From Bacillota bacterium (GTDB taxonomy: Bacteria; Bacillota; Clostridia; Acetivibrionales; DTU013), in the NCBI GenBank assembly GCA_023435745.1, contig JAEZMD010000018.1, positions 344,090-408,089 on the forward strand: DNA of 64,000 bases, written 5' to 3'. This document shows positions 28,868 through 37,637 of the stretch, in pieces. Position numbers and translations under genes: made by a program. Below the pieces are notes generated by a model. The model was given only the letters and a program-made list of their open reading frames with translations. It was not told the DNA's origin and searched no databases. Each line of letters starts with the position of its first letter. The stretch's first letter is position 1.

Positions 28868-28943
28868 GGGCCATTAGCTCAGTTGGCAGAGCACTTGACT
28901 TTTAATCAAGGTGTCCCGCGTTCGAGTCGCGGATGGCTCACCA
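28868..28943 (+). tRNA. tRNA-Lys (anticodon UUU), CCA encoded
   Basis: Cloverleaf drawn by hand. Acceptor stem is GGGCCAT/ATGGCTC, D stem is GCTC/GAGC, and anticodon stem is CTTGA/TCAAG with loop CTTTTAA. T arm is CCGCG-TTCGAGT-CGCGG, ending in ACCA. Confidence 0.93.
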
Positions 28944-28977
28944 AAGAGTCTTTCACAAGCGTGAAGGGCTCTTTTTT
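28944..28977 (+). terminator. Terminator after tRNA-Lys
   Basis: AAGAGTCTTTCAC pairs with GTGAAGGGCTCTT as an imperfect stem, followed by a T6 run. Confidence 0.6.
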
Positions 28978-29083
28978 ATGCCTTCGCGGGTTGTCATGTT
29001 CTCAACCAGCCTGCCGACCTAATGGATTCAAAACCGGATACCTTGATTATTCTATAAATCCAGCCTGGCCATAGTATACGCGA

Positions 29084-29203
29084 CTACTCATTTTTGCAGC
29101 TTTAGAACATAATTATGTTTAAAAAGGCTTATTTTATAGACTACCAGCAATAAAAAAGGAATATTCACAGCAAATATAGTCCTAAAACTGCAAAAATGAG
29201 TAG
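29084..29203. repeat. 16-bp perfect inverted repeat flanking 88 bp of A/T-rich DNA
   Basis: CTACTCATTTTTGCAG (29084-29099) and CTGCAAAAATGAGTAG (29188-29203). Confidence 0.9.
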
Positions 29204-29355
29204 CGAGGTCCCTTCACCATCTATACTAGAAAAATGCTTTAAAGGCTACCGTCAGTGGCGCTCTGGCTTCGATGGATTTTCGCCGTTCTTAGCATAACAA
29301 CGCAGTTAGCGCAACTTAATTCCAAAATTGCGGCGGAAGATTAATCCCCCTCCGT

Positions 29356-29889
29356 TCACGAATATACGTTTCCCATTTCGCTCAACCTCTCTTCAATATA
29401 GCCTTTTACATCTTCCTTTGGTATATCCAGGGCTGCTGCAAATTCGCCAAAAAGTAAGTCTTCCGCTTTGCGAAGGTATCTTGTGTCGATTTGACCAAGC
29501 TTCTTTCCCTGCTCCTCCGCTGCTCTCTCTTTTGAATAGATATTTTTGAGCAGCCTGAGTAAATCAGAACAGTCATAAGTCTGTATGATTTCCTTATAAT
29601 AGCCTTCAAGCACCTTAAAGCTAAGGCCATCGTTCATATTTTCCTCGATAGACGGGATACGGGATATCAGTTGAAGTACCTGCGTACGGGAAACAACAGG
29701 CCTCATAAATATTTTTGTATCAATTGGCGTAAAAATTTTTTCGTTATGATATAGTGAGTAGAGCGTGTAGTAGAGCTTGCCTTGATTTACACCGTAAAGG
29801 TCAGGTGTGCTGACTGCTTCCACTCTGCAAACTCCATGACTTCCGTAAACTATTAGATCTCCGGTCTTATACATGATTTCTTTGAACAT
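29356..29889 (-). CDS. CarD/CdnL-family transcriptional regulator-like protein
   Basis: The N-terminus YKTGDLIVYGSHGVCRVEAV matches the CarD_CdnL_TRCF RNAP-interacting domain pattern. Confidence 0.65.
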   Translation of the reverse strand: MFKEIMYKTGDLIVYGSHGVCRVEAVSTPDLYGVNQGKLYYTLYSLYHNEKIFTPIDTKIFMRPVVSRTQVLQLISRIPSIEENMNDGLSFKVLEGYYKEIIQTYDCSDLLRLLKNIYSKERAAEEQGKKLGQIDTRYLRKAEDLLFGEFAAALDIPKEDVKGYIEERLSEMGNVYS

Positions 29890-30116
29890 CTCCTTTACCT
29901 TTCTATTATACCATTTTTCTGCCCAAAAAGGAAATGCGGCTAACGAAGAGTGGCTGAAGAACAGCTTTTCACGGCTTTGATTTATCTATTTTGCGAATCT
30001 TTCCGACAATAAATACGATGATAGAAATGATGTGATTGAACAATTTCGCTTTTTTTGGTAAAATGAATCCATTATTTAATTTTATGCTAATGTAACAATT
30101 ATTTACGGGAGGCGTC

Positions 30117-30725
30117 ATGGATATTCCGCTGCAAGGGGATATACTACTGAGCATCTACAGTATTGATTATCTTTTAAAGTGCAAAGTAAACGAGATTTCT
30201 GGACGTATTATTAAACTCACTCCAGTATCCGGGAAAGTAGATATGCTATTATTGCATGATCCTGTGGTGCTTTTGTTATATAAAAGCGGTAACATGGAGA
30301 TACTTCCTGCGGATGTTGCGCAGATTGACACACAGCAAAGCCTGGTCACGCTAAGCCTCCGCAAAAGACAAGTGGATGAGGAGCGACGTATTTTTGAGAG
30401 GTATCCTGTGTCGCTGGAGGTCAGTGCCCGCAGAAAGTTTTCCAATAAGCGGATTCATCTGGCAGTCAGGGATATCAGCTTATATGGTATGGGAGCCGTA
30501 TCACAGACCGATCTCGAAGTAGATGAGATGATAGATATCGATCTGATTGCTGAAAGAAACATGTTCTACTTCAGCGGTCAGATCATCTGGAAAAACAGTC
30601 TGGGTGATTGCTCCGAATACGGTTTGAAGTATACCAATTATGATGTTGCGACCAAAAATGCGCTTGAAGAATTTCTGGGCAAACAGAAGGATTATTTCTA
30701 TAATATGATTCCTAAGGCCAGATGA
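30117..30725 (+). CDS. PilZ-domain (c-di-GMP-binding type) protein
   Basis: Carries an RxxxR motif (RIFER within EERRIFERYPV) and a DxSxxG motif (DISLYGMG) at the expected spacing. Confidence 0.7.
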   Translation: MDIPLQGDILLSIYSIDYLLKCKVNEISGRIIKLTPVSGKVDMLLLHDPVVLLLYKSGNMEILPADVAQIDTQQSLVTLSLRKRQVDEERRIFERYPVSLEVSARRKFSNKRIHLAVRDISLYGMGAVSQTDLEVDEMIDIDLIAERNMFYFSGQIIWKNSLGDCSEYGLKYTNYDVATKNALEEFLGKQKDYFYNMIPKAR

Positions 30726-30763
30726 TTTAGTGATACAGGGGTAAGAGGGACGGACCGCGCCCC

Positions 30764-33253
30764 CTAATTGTCCCGGTAGAACTCAAGGTTGCGCTGCAAA
30801 ACGGGGTTGAGCATTCCATTTTGTTGAGTGTAATGTCTGTAACGGTTTTCCAGTTCTCTGATATGCTTTGTCATGTGGACTTTCAGCAGATTGACAGAAT
30901 CAATATAGATCGGCTGTTTCTCCAACTGACTTCTGATTTCCTTTGAGAACGGACAATATTTGAAGAATATGCTTCTTGCGACCTTGTTCATGCGAGGATT
31001 ACCTTTGGATTCATTATTGATCCACAGCTCATAGTCGGAGGTGAATATATCGCGCAGTTTATTCTGATACTTCGTCGTCTGTGATTTCACTTTCTCCTTA
31101 GCCTCTTCGGAGAGATCGCGGTTTTTCCTGTAAAACTGTATATAGTCTGCATATTCTGAAGTGAGCGAGCTCTGGGCAATATTGTTCCAGGCTGACCCCA
31201 TCATTGTCCGGCAAAGCTCCCATCTGAAATTGCCAATCAGCTTCAGAAGCATATCGTCAATATTTTCATCGGTAAATACGGGGATAATCAGCCTGCCGGG
31301 CGTATTTCTGTGTCTTCCTGTGATTTCCTGCCACATCATTGCGCGTGTGCCATAGACAGGGACGAGGATAAAGTCGGGGATAACCTGCATCATTACGATT
31401 TCCTTTTCAATGCCCTCGGAGGGTGATCTGAAATGTATCTCCCTGTGGAAGGCCGAATAATCGATATCAAGAATTTTCTGCAATTTTTCGCAGATGATGG
31501 CTGGAGTGACCAGAGAACGGACAGGGTTGTATGGCGCCATATCTCTGTGAAGGATTGGAAAGTATAATGCTATCTGGCCGTGGCAAAGTCTGTGATTGAG
31601 ACGCAGCATATGATTGACCTCAAAGGAAAGCCGTCCCTCGGCATCTGATTCATAAGAGACTTTGTCCTTATCTGTTATCTTGCCCTGTTTTTTAAGCTCG
31701 CGAAAAGTATCGAAATAATCGTTGCCGAAATTATTAATGGAGGGATCCTTTTCCATCGTATTAATTTTCTCCAGCCAATCAGACATAAAATAGACATTTG
31801 CGATTCCGGTTTCATGATTCGCACCCGCAAGTTTGTAAATTGCCATTGTCTGACTGTAATCAAGCAGCTTCTCATCCATATATCCATAGTTGAGAAACAT
31901 CCGGATCAGTCTGGATTGATCTTTAGTTTGAAAAGCCTTTTTAAACACCTTCAGGTAAATCTCAAAATACAGATCTGTAAGAGCTCCGCGGATGGATCTG
32001 GCTGATTCGTCAGCGGACAGGCGATCCTTGAGGTTCCTGAAGGCTGTCAGGTTCATCATAAAACAGATTTCCTTATCTTCGGATATCTCTGCAAATTTGA
32101 GGATCTTTGTGACACTGTCGAGCAATTCCTCAGGCAGGGTATTATGGTCCTGCGTTTCAATTGTTTTGGAGGAGCTGTCAATGCCTTCGGACTGCGCAGA
32201 TTTAAGGGATGCAATAAAATTTCCGTGAAAATGCTCCAGGTACTCAAAGTCGATATCGATATGGTGTTTGTATTCTAATTTAATATGAGCAGAAATATCC
32301 CTGAGTTTATCCAGGATGTAGTTCGAAGCGCTCAGAGCCGGAGTATAGTCAAGAGCGTTGTCCCGCATGGCGCGGGCGGCGTTGAGGAACGCATGATAGC
32401 AGCTCTCATCATGGTCTTGATATATTAGTGCAATAGTGTTTTCCAGTCGGCTGACGACTGCAGACAGCTGAGTCAGCAGGCGTTCGAGACATTCGGATGC
32501 TCCGGTGATATGTTTTTCGGTAATTAACCTGTCTGCGGCAAAGAACGCTTTTTTTGGCTCGGTCGGTATGTTGAACAGATGGACATAATAATCGATTTCT
32601 TCCTTCAGCTGCGTCGCTTCGGGAAAGAAATCGTCATCTTCATCAGGATCAAACGACTCAACAAGCTGCTTACTGAAATAAACCGGAACCAATATGCCGC
32701 TGTTTCTTCTCTCAGCCAGCTCTGCCGCGCCCTTTTGGGATATTTCCCATTTTACAGGCTCCAGACGGTATTCTTCTGTAATGGCCATGTAGTAGGTGCA
32801 AAGGTTGTTGTAAAGGCTTTCAGTCATCAGGCAGTACCGATAAAGCTTTTGGTATGTTTGCTGAGAACTGTTTATTAGGTTGCAGATTGAGTTGAGTATG
32901 TAACCGCCATAATCCTTCTGGCTATGGATGAAGTCCATCAGACTCTGCGCACTGTCTTCCACATATGCGTATATATTGCAATCAGCCGCCGCAGTGACGG
33001 TCAGGCTGCTTCTTCCGGTCCGCAGCAGATCGTTTGCGCCGATAAAGATATTCTGATTCAGATCAAACAACCGGTAGCTTTTTTGTGGCAAATCGTCGAA
33101 GACGACCGGAGCTCCTTTGGCGAGGGAGGATATATAAACATCCAGCTTGCCTTGTAAAAGCAGGCTGAGCGCATTTGTCTCAGAGCCCTCAAGCGATATG
33201 AAGCTGTCCTTTTTTATAGTATAGTTTCCGGTCTTATGTACGGTTAAACTCAT
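30764..33253 (-). CDS. 829-aa cytoplasmic protein of unknown function; the N-terminal ~130 aa resemble a cyclic-nucleotide-binding-like beta-barrel
   Basis: A single uninterrupted ORF with no TM segments or catalytic motifs that I recognise. The cNMP-like resemblance (LEGSETNALSLLLQGKLDVY...IGANDLL) is weak. Confidence 0.5.
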   Translation of the reverse strand: MSLTVHKTGNYTIKKDSFISLEGSETNALSLLLQGKLDVYISSLAKGAPVVFDDLPQKSYRLFDLNQNIFIGANDLLRTGRSSLTVTAAADCNIYAYVEDSAQSLMDFIHSQKDYGGYILNSICNLINSSQQTYQKLYRYCLMTESLYNNLCTYYMAITEEYRLEPVKWEISQKGAAELAERRNSGILVPVYFSKQLVESFDPDEDDDFFPEATQLKEEIDYYVHLFNIPTEPKKAFFAADRLITEKHITGASECLERLLTQLSAVVSRLENTIALIYQDHDESCYHAFLNAARAMRDNALDYTPALSASNYILDKLRDISAHIKLEYKHHIDIDFEYLEHFHGNFIASLKSAQSEGIDSSSKTIETQDHNTLPEELLDSVTKILKFAEISEDKEICFMMNLTAFRNLKDRLSADESARSIRGALTDLYFEIYLKVFKKAFQTKDQSRLIRMFLNYGYMDEKLLDYSQTMAIYKLAGANHETGIANVYFMSDWLEKINTMEKDPSINNFGNDYFDTFRELKKQGKITDKDKVSYESDAEGRLSFEVNHMLRLNHRLCHGQIALYFPILHRDMAPYNPVRSLVTPAIICEKLQKILDIDYSAFHREIHFRSPSEGIEKEIVMMQVIPDFILVPVYGTRAMMWQEITGRHRNTPGRLIIPVFTDENIDDMLLKLIGNFRWELCRTMMGSAWNNIAQSSLTSEYADYIQFYRKNRDLSEEAKEKVKSQTTKYQNKLRDIFTSDYELWINNESKGNPRMNKVARSIFFKYCPFSKEIRSQLEKQPIYIDSVNLLKVHMTKHIRELENRYRHYTQQNGMLNPVLQRNLEFYRDN

Positions 33254-33353
33254 TTCGTTACCGCCTCGTTTCTTTAGTAATGATGAACATTAGCGAAGCC
33301 GGTTTGTGCATAAATTTTGCCGGAGATGTACAATACCTCCGATTATATGAGTC

Positions 33354-33382
33354 ATTATACTTTATTTTTAATCATCTGGAAA
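33354..33382 (-). promoter_or_regulatory. Sigma-A-like promoter for the 829-aa gene
   Basis: On the minus strand: TTTCCA (33382-33377), a 17-nt spacer, then TATAAT (33359-33354). Confidence 0.45.
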
Positions 33383-33396
33383 CCATAAATTTGTAA

Positions 33397-35004
33397 TTAT
33401 CTTCCGAGTGAAGCAATCTCCTCAAGGGACAGGCCTTTATTACGCTCCAGTGCCCATCGTATGGACCATTCGTTTTCAAAGAGAAGTACCGGCCGCTCTT
33501 CGCTATCTTCGACGACTGTTGTTGAACTGGTCAGGTTTAGCCTCTTGATATCTTCCGCCTCCGAGGTCAGCCATCTTGCAAATTTAAAGGCCAGCTGCTG
33601 CATACGAAGATCGACATTATATTCGTGCTTCAATCTGTGCTCGAGCACTTCAAACTGAAGCACACCGACAGCGCCGATAATCAGAGCCTCCATACCCGAA
33701 TCAGGCTGCTTGAAGACCTGTATTGCCCCTTCCTCGGCAAGCTGCGCGATTCCCTTGAGAAACTGCTTTCGTTTCATGGAGTCTGCAGGCGAAACGCGGG
33801 CAAAATGTTCAGCAGGGAATATGGGTATTCCCTCGAATCTGAAACGCGCACTGCCCTCGCACAATGTATCGCCTATTTTAAATATACCCGGATCAAACAC
33901 ACCGATGATATCGCCGGGGTATGCCTCCTCAACGATGGCGCGTTCCTGAGCCATAAATTGCTGAGGCTGGGCCAGCTTGATTTCTTTTGCCGCCTGTACA
34001 TGGTAAACCGACATGCCTCTTGTAAACCGGCCCGAGCAGATGCGTATAAATGCGATCCGATCTCTGTGGGCCGGGTTCATATTGGCCTGTATTTTAAAGA
34101 CGAAGCCGGAGAAGTTTTCAGACTCCGGATCAATCTCAGCGTCTGTAGTAGCTCGGATTCCCGGCGCCGGAGCCAGGCGGATGAATTCTTCCAGAAACGG
34201 CTGCACGCCGAAATTGGTCATAGCACTGCCGAAAAACATTGGTGTCAGTTCTCCGCTGCGGATCTTCTCAATTGAAAACTCATCTCCCGCAAGGTTCAGC
34301 AGTTCAATATCCTCACAGAGCTTATCGTGATAGTGGACGCCGAGAAGATCGGAAAATATCTGATCATTCACGCCTCCTTTGATGGATTTCACCTCTGTCT
34401 GGCCATGCCTGCCGCCCTCAAAAAGTTCGATCTGCTTGAGCTCTCTATTATAAACGCCTTTGAAATCGCCATCTGTACCGATGGGCCAGTTCATCGGATA
34501 GGAGCGTATGCCAAGCACCTGCTCGATTTCCTCCATCAATTCAAACGGGTCTCTGCTGGCTCTGTCCATCTTGTTTACAAAAGTAAATATAGGAATACCG
34601 CGCATTTTACAAACGTGGAACAGCTTGATCGTCTGGGCTTCCACGCCCTTTGCACCGTCGATCAGCATCACTGCACTATCCGCAGCGACCAGGGTACGGT
34701 AGGTGTCTTCACTGAAGTCCTGGTGACCCGGAGTGTCCAATATATTAATGAAATGGTCATCATATTCAAACTGCATGACACTGGAGGTAACGGAAATCCC
34801 GCGCTGCTTTTCAATTTCCATCCAGTCTGAAACAGCGTAATTGCCCGCTTTCCTTGCCTTTACGGTACCGGCGAGCCTGATGGCGCCGCCGTATAGAAGA
34901 AGCTTCTCTGTAAGGGTGGTTTTCCCTGCGTCAGGGTGGGAAATGATTGCAAAAGTTTTTCTGCGTCTTGTTTCATTTTTGATTATTTCTTTTTTGTCAG
35001 GCAT
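33397..35004 (-). CDS. prfC: Peptide chain release factor 3
   Basis: Contains AIISHPDAGKTTLTEKLL, DTPGHQDF and NKMD GTPase motifs. The length of 535 aa is typical of RF3. Confidence 0.92.
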   Translation of the reverse strand: MPDKKEIIKNETRRRKTFAIISHPDAGKTTLTEKLLLYGGAIRLAGTVKARKAGNYAVSDWMEIEKQRGISVTSSVMQFEYDDHFINILDTPGHQDFSEDTYRTLVAADSAVMLIDGAKGVEAQTIKLFHVCKMRGIPIFTFVNKMDRASRDPFELMEEIEQVLGIRSYPMNWPIGTDGDFKGVYNRELKQIELFEGGRHGQTEVKSIKGGVNDQIFSDLLGVHYHDKLCEDIELLNLAGDEFSIEKIRSGELTPMFFGSAMTNFGVQPFLEEFIRLAPAPGIRATTDAEIDPESENFSGFVFKIQANMNPAHRDRIAFIRICSGRFTRGMSVYHVQAAKEIKLAQPQQFMAQERAIVEEAYPGDIIGVFDPGIFKIGDTLCEGSARFRFEGIPIFPAEHFARVSPADSMKRKQFLKGIAQLAEEGAIQVFKQPDSGMEALIIGAVGVLQFEVLEHRLKHEYNVDLRMQQLAFKFARWLTSEAEDIKRLNLTSSTTVVEDSEERPVLLFENEWSIRWALERNKGLSLEEIASLGR

Positions 35005-35138
35005 CTATTCAATATTCCTTTAGTACGAATTAATTTATTTTGCATCTCATGATAACTTATTTCAAAGGTTTCTGTCAAATACTCAGCCAATATATTATAA
35101 TGGAATAGAGAAATCTCAGAAACAGCGGGGTGAAACAG

Positions 35139-36806
35139 ATGACAAATACAAATGAACAGATCAGAGTCCTTATTGATAACCGTGAAGAGGCGGTAGTCCA
35201 AAAAGGGTTTACGCTGCTGCAGCTGTCCCGCGATTACGGACGGTCTCATTCGCAAACCATTATTGCGGCAAGGGTGGATAATGACATCAGAGAACTCAGC
35301 TATGTGCTTGATAAGGATGCCAGGGTCGCCTTTATTGACCTGACGGAAGAAGACGGGATGAGGATTTATCGCAGAAGTCTTTATTTTATTTTTATGAAAG
35401 CCGCCAATGATCTTTTACCGGACAGACGCGTGATCATAAGTCATGCGGTGAGTAAGGGATTGTTTTGTGAGCTCAGAGGAGAAAAAGAACTGGAACCTGC
35501 CGAGGTTGGGCAAATAGAGGCCAGGATGCATGAAATTGTTGCTCAGGCAATACCGTTTGAAAAAAGGGAGATTCCTTTGGAGGAGGCAGAAGCCCTTTTC
35601 CGGACCACCGGCAGAATGGACCGTTATCACTCGGTTGAGCACAGAAAAAAGAGCCTTGTAACGATCTATAACTGCGGCGGTATGGACGACTACTTCTATG
35701 GCTATATGGCACCTGATACAGGTTATATCAAGGTCTTTGGGCTCAAACACCATCAAGGAGGACTGATCATACGGTTCCCTGACAAAGCCTATCCGGAAAC
35801 GCTGCCCGAGTATGTGGAGCAGGAAAAGCTTTTCAACATCTATCTGGAATATAAGAAATGGGGGCGGATCCTGGAGGTTGAAAATGTCGGAGCGCTCAAT
35901 GATCTGGTCAAGCAGGGCAAATCCACCGAGATTGTGAGAATCTCGGAAGCGCTCCATGAAAAAAAGCTGGCAAGGATAGCGGATATGATCGCAAATAACG
36001 GGCACCAAAAGCGCATTATTCTTATTGCAGGCCCATCCTCGTCAGGAAAAACCACATTTGCGCAAAGGCTTTCCATCCAGTTGCGTGTAAACGGTCTAAA
36101 GCCGGTGACGATTTCTCTGGATGACTATTTTGTGAACCGTGAGGATACTCCGAAGGATGAATTCGGAGATTATGATTTTGAGGCGCTTGAGGCGATCGAC
36201 GTGAGGTTTTTCAATAAGCAGCTGAAGGAATTGATACGGGGGTTGGAGGTAGAGCTGCCGTTGTTCAATTTCAATACAGGCTGCAGGGAGCCTGTGGGTA
36301 AAAAGCTGCGGATCGATGAGGACAATGTGCTTGTGATCGAGGGGATCCACGGCCTGAATGAAAAGCTGACATGCGAGATCCCAACGGAGGCGAAATTCAA
36401 GATATATGTCAGCGCATTGACGTCGATGAATATAGATGATCACAACAGAATCCCGACTACAGATAACAGAATCATAAGGCGTATCGTCAGGGACCACCAG
36501 TTCAGGGGAAGCAATGCGTTGAGTACTATAAGAAGATGGCCTTCAGTCAGACGCGGGGAAGACAGGAATATTTTTCCGTTTCAGGAGAGTGCTGATATTA
36601 TGTTTAATTCATCGCTGATGTATGAGCTAGGCATTCTGAAGACATATGCCGAACCGCTGCTCAACGAGATCGACAACAGTGCTCCTGAATACTCGGAGGC
36701 CCGCCGCCTTATAGAATTCCTCAGTTACTTTGTACCGATGGACTGCAGGGATGTGCCGGCTAACTCCATCATCAGAGAATTTATAGGGGGTAGCTGTTTT
36801 TATTAA
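35139..36806 (+). CDS. TGS/ThrRS-N-like domain fused to a uridine/nucleoside kinase domain
   Basis: The C-terminal half has the P-loop IAGPSSSGKTTFAQRL and a Udk-like fold pattern. The N-terminal ~270 aa resemble the ThrRS N-terminal TGS and second additional domains. Confidence 0.7.
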   Translation: MTNTNEQIRVLIDNREEAVVQKGFTLLQLSRDYGRSHSQTIIAARVDNDIRELSYVLDKDARVAFIDLTEEDGMRIYRRSLYFIFMKAANDLLPDRRVIISHAVSKGLFCELRGEKELEPAEVGQIEARMHEIVAQAIPFEKREIPLEEAEALFRTTGRMDRYHSVEHRKKSLVTIYNCGGMDDYFYGYMAPDTGYIKVFGLKHHQGGLIIRFPDKAYPETLPEYVEQEKLFNIYLEYKKWGRILEVENVGALNDLVKQGKSTEIVRISEALHEKKLARIADMIANNGHQKRIILIAGPSSSGKTTFAQRLSIQLRVNGLKPVTISLDDYFVNREDTPKDEFGDYDFEALEAIDVRFFNKQLKELIRGLEVELPLFNFNTGCREPVGKKLRIDEDNVLVIEGIHGLNEKLTCEIPTEAKFKIYVSALTSMNIDDHNRIPTTDNRIIRRIVRDHQFRGSNALSTIRRWPSVRRGEDRNIFPFQESADIMFNSSLMYELGILKTYAEPLLNEIDNSAPEYSEARRLIEFLSYFVPMDCRDVPANSIIREFIGGSCFY

Positions 36807-36821
36807 GGTCCGGGTGTGACG

Positions 36822-36861
36822 TAAAAAACGGGGGACGTTTCTCTAACGTCCCCCATTTTTC
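36822..36861. terminator. Bidirectional terminator
   Basis: CGGGGGACGTT (36829-39) pairs with AACGTCCCCC (36845-54), with an A-run upstream and a T-run downstream. Confidence 0.8.
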
Positions 36862-36867
36862 TTAGCT

Positions 36868-37044
36868 TTACCTTGTGCTGCCGGGGAAGAAGGTTGCGCA
36901 ATCCGTTTCCTCTGAGCTCATCGACTCTCTGGGCTCAACCTGTATCTGCTGGGCAGTACAGTGGTCACCCTGCATATAATAGTAGCAAGTATTTACAGAG
37001 CATTTAATTGATTCATTGGGACGATCCATTTTACTTGTCTTCAT
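36868..37044 (-). CDS. DUF1540 small Cys-containing protein (58 aa)
   Basis: Below the track's cut-off. GGAGGA lies 6 nt before the ATG at 37044. It reads MKTSKMDRPNESIKCSVNTCYYYMQGDHCTAQQIQVEPRESMSSEETDCATFFPGSTR, which fits the DUF1540 C-x-V-x2-C...C-x-A pattern. Confidence 0.7.
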   Translation of the reverse strand: MKTSKMDRPNESIKCSVNTCYYYMQGDHCTAQQIQVEPRESMSSEETDCATFFPGSTR

Positions 37045-37197
37045 TGTTCATCCTCCTTCAAATTTTTCTTTTTTCTTCATAGCTATTATTCTCTCGAATG
37101 ATTGATTTTATTAATTGTTGCTGATCAGTCAGTTATAGATGTTGTGCAATAAAAGGAATTTTAGCGTAATGAAGCTTAGAGATTTAGAGTCAGAACG

Positions 37198-37218
37198 GGG
37201 GAAATTTCCGAATTTTAT
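37198..37218. repeat. Copy A of a 21-bp direct repeat, GGGGAAATTTCCGAATTTTAT
   Basis: Identical to 37548-37568 and contains the palindrome GGAAATTTCC. Confidence 0.95.
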
Positions 37219-37269
37219 CTCTTTCCAGAAATCCTTCTCAGAAAGGCCATAATCCATCGATGGCTGGAT

Positions 37270-37401
37270 TTGCAACTAATGGGCGTTTTTTATTAAAAAA
37301 TGTCTATTTTTTTATGAATTAATCTAAAATAACTGCTTTTAATGTGTGATTATGTTAATGGATTCAGGATTATGTATCATTATTGCGCCCATTACTTGCA
37401 A
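37270..37401. repeat. 16-bp inverted repeat (15/16 match) flanking 100 bp of A/T-rich DNA
   Basis: TTGCAACTAATGGGCG (37270-85) and CGCCCATTACTTGCAA (37386-401). Confidence 0.85.
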
Positions 37402-37547
37402 AAACCACCACCGACCAATAAAAATGAACTCAGGGAGCTCGTTTGAATTCAGTTGATTCCTTCCTTATAGTATAGCGCAAGCTAAAATGGCTTATTTAAA
37501 ATATCTCATACGAGGTTTTTGGTAAAGGGTAAAAATCATGCTTTACA

Positions 37548-37568
37548 GGGGAAATTTCCGAATTTTAT
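37548..37568. repeat. Copy B of the 21-bp direct repeat, abutting the xylB -35
   Basis: Identical to 37198-37218, and its last base is the first T of TTGTAA. Confidence 0.95.
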
Positions 37569-37596
37569 TGTAATTTCTATATTCAAATGATATACT
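37568..37596 (+). promoter_or_regulatory. Sigma-A-like promoter of xylB
   Basis: TTGTAA (37568-73), a 17-nt spacer, then TATACT (37591-96). Confidence 0.5.
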
Positions 37597-37598
37597 TA

Positions 37599-37613
37599 GT
37601 AATATAATATTAC
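37599..37613. promoter_or_regulatory. 15-bp perfect palindrome GTAATAT-A-ATATTAC, an operator candidate
   Basis: It lies directly downstream of the putative -10 and upstream of the xylB RBS. This is a classic repressor position, but the A/T richness makes chance palindromes likely. Confidence 0.3.
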
Positions 37614-37637
37614 AAAGTCGTGTTTGGAGGGAAGAAT

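Noticed and set aside
28712-29074. 120-aa plus-strand ORF
   Set aside because: It reads straight through the tRNA-Lys gene and its terminator, so it is an artefact of the ORF caller.
28868-29355. Genomic island or integration site at tRNA-Lys (and likewise at tRNA-His, 59780)
   Set aside because: There is no integrase, no duplicated tRNA 3' segment and no phage or mobile genes on either side. The flanking genes are ordinary chromosomal functions.
33397-35004. Programmed frameshift of the release-factor type
   Set aside because: The gene is prfC (a GTPase), not prfB, and the ORF is uninterrupted.
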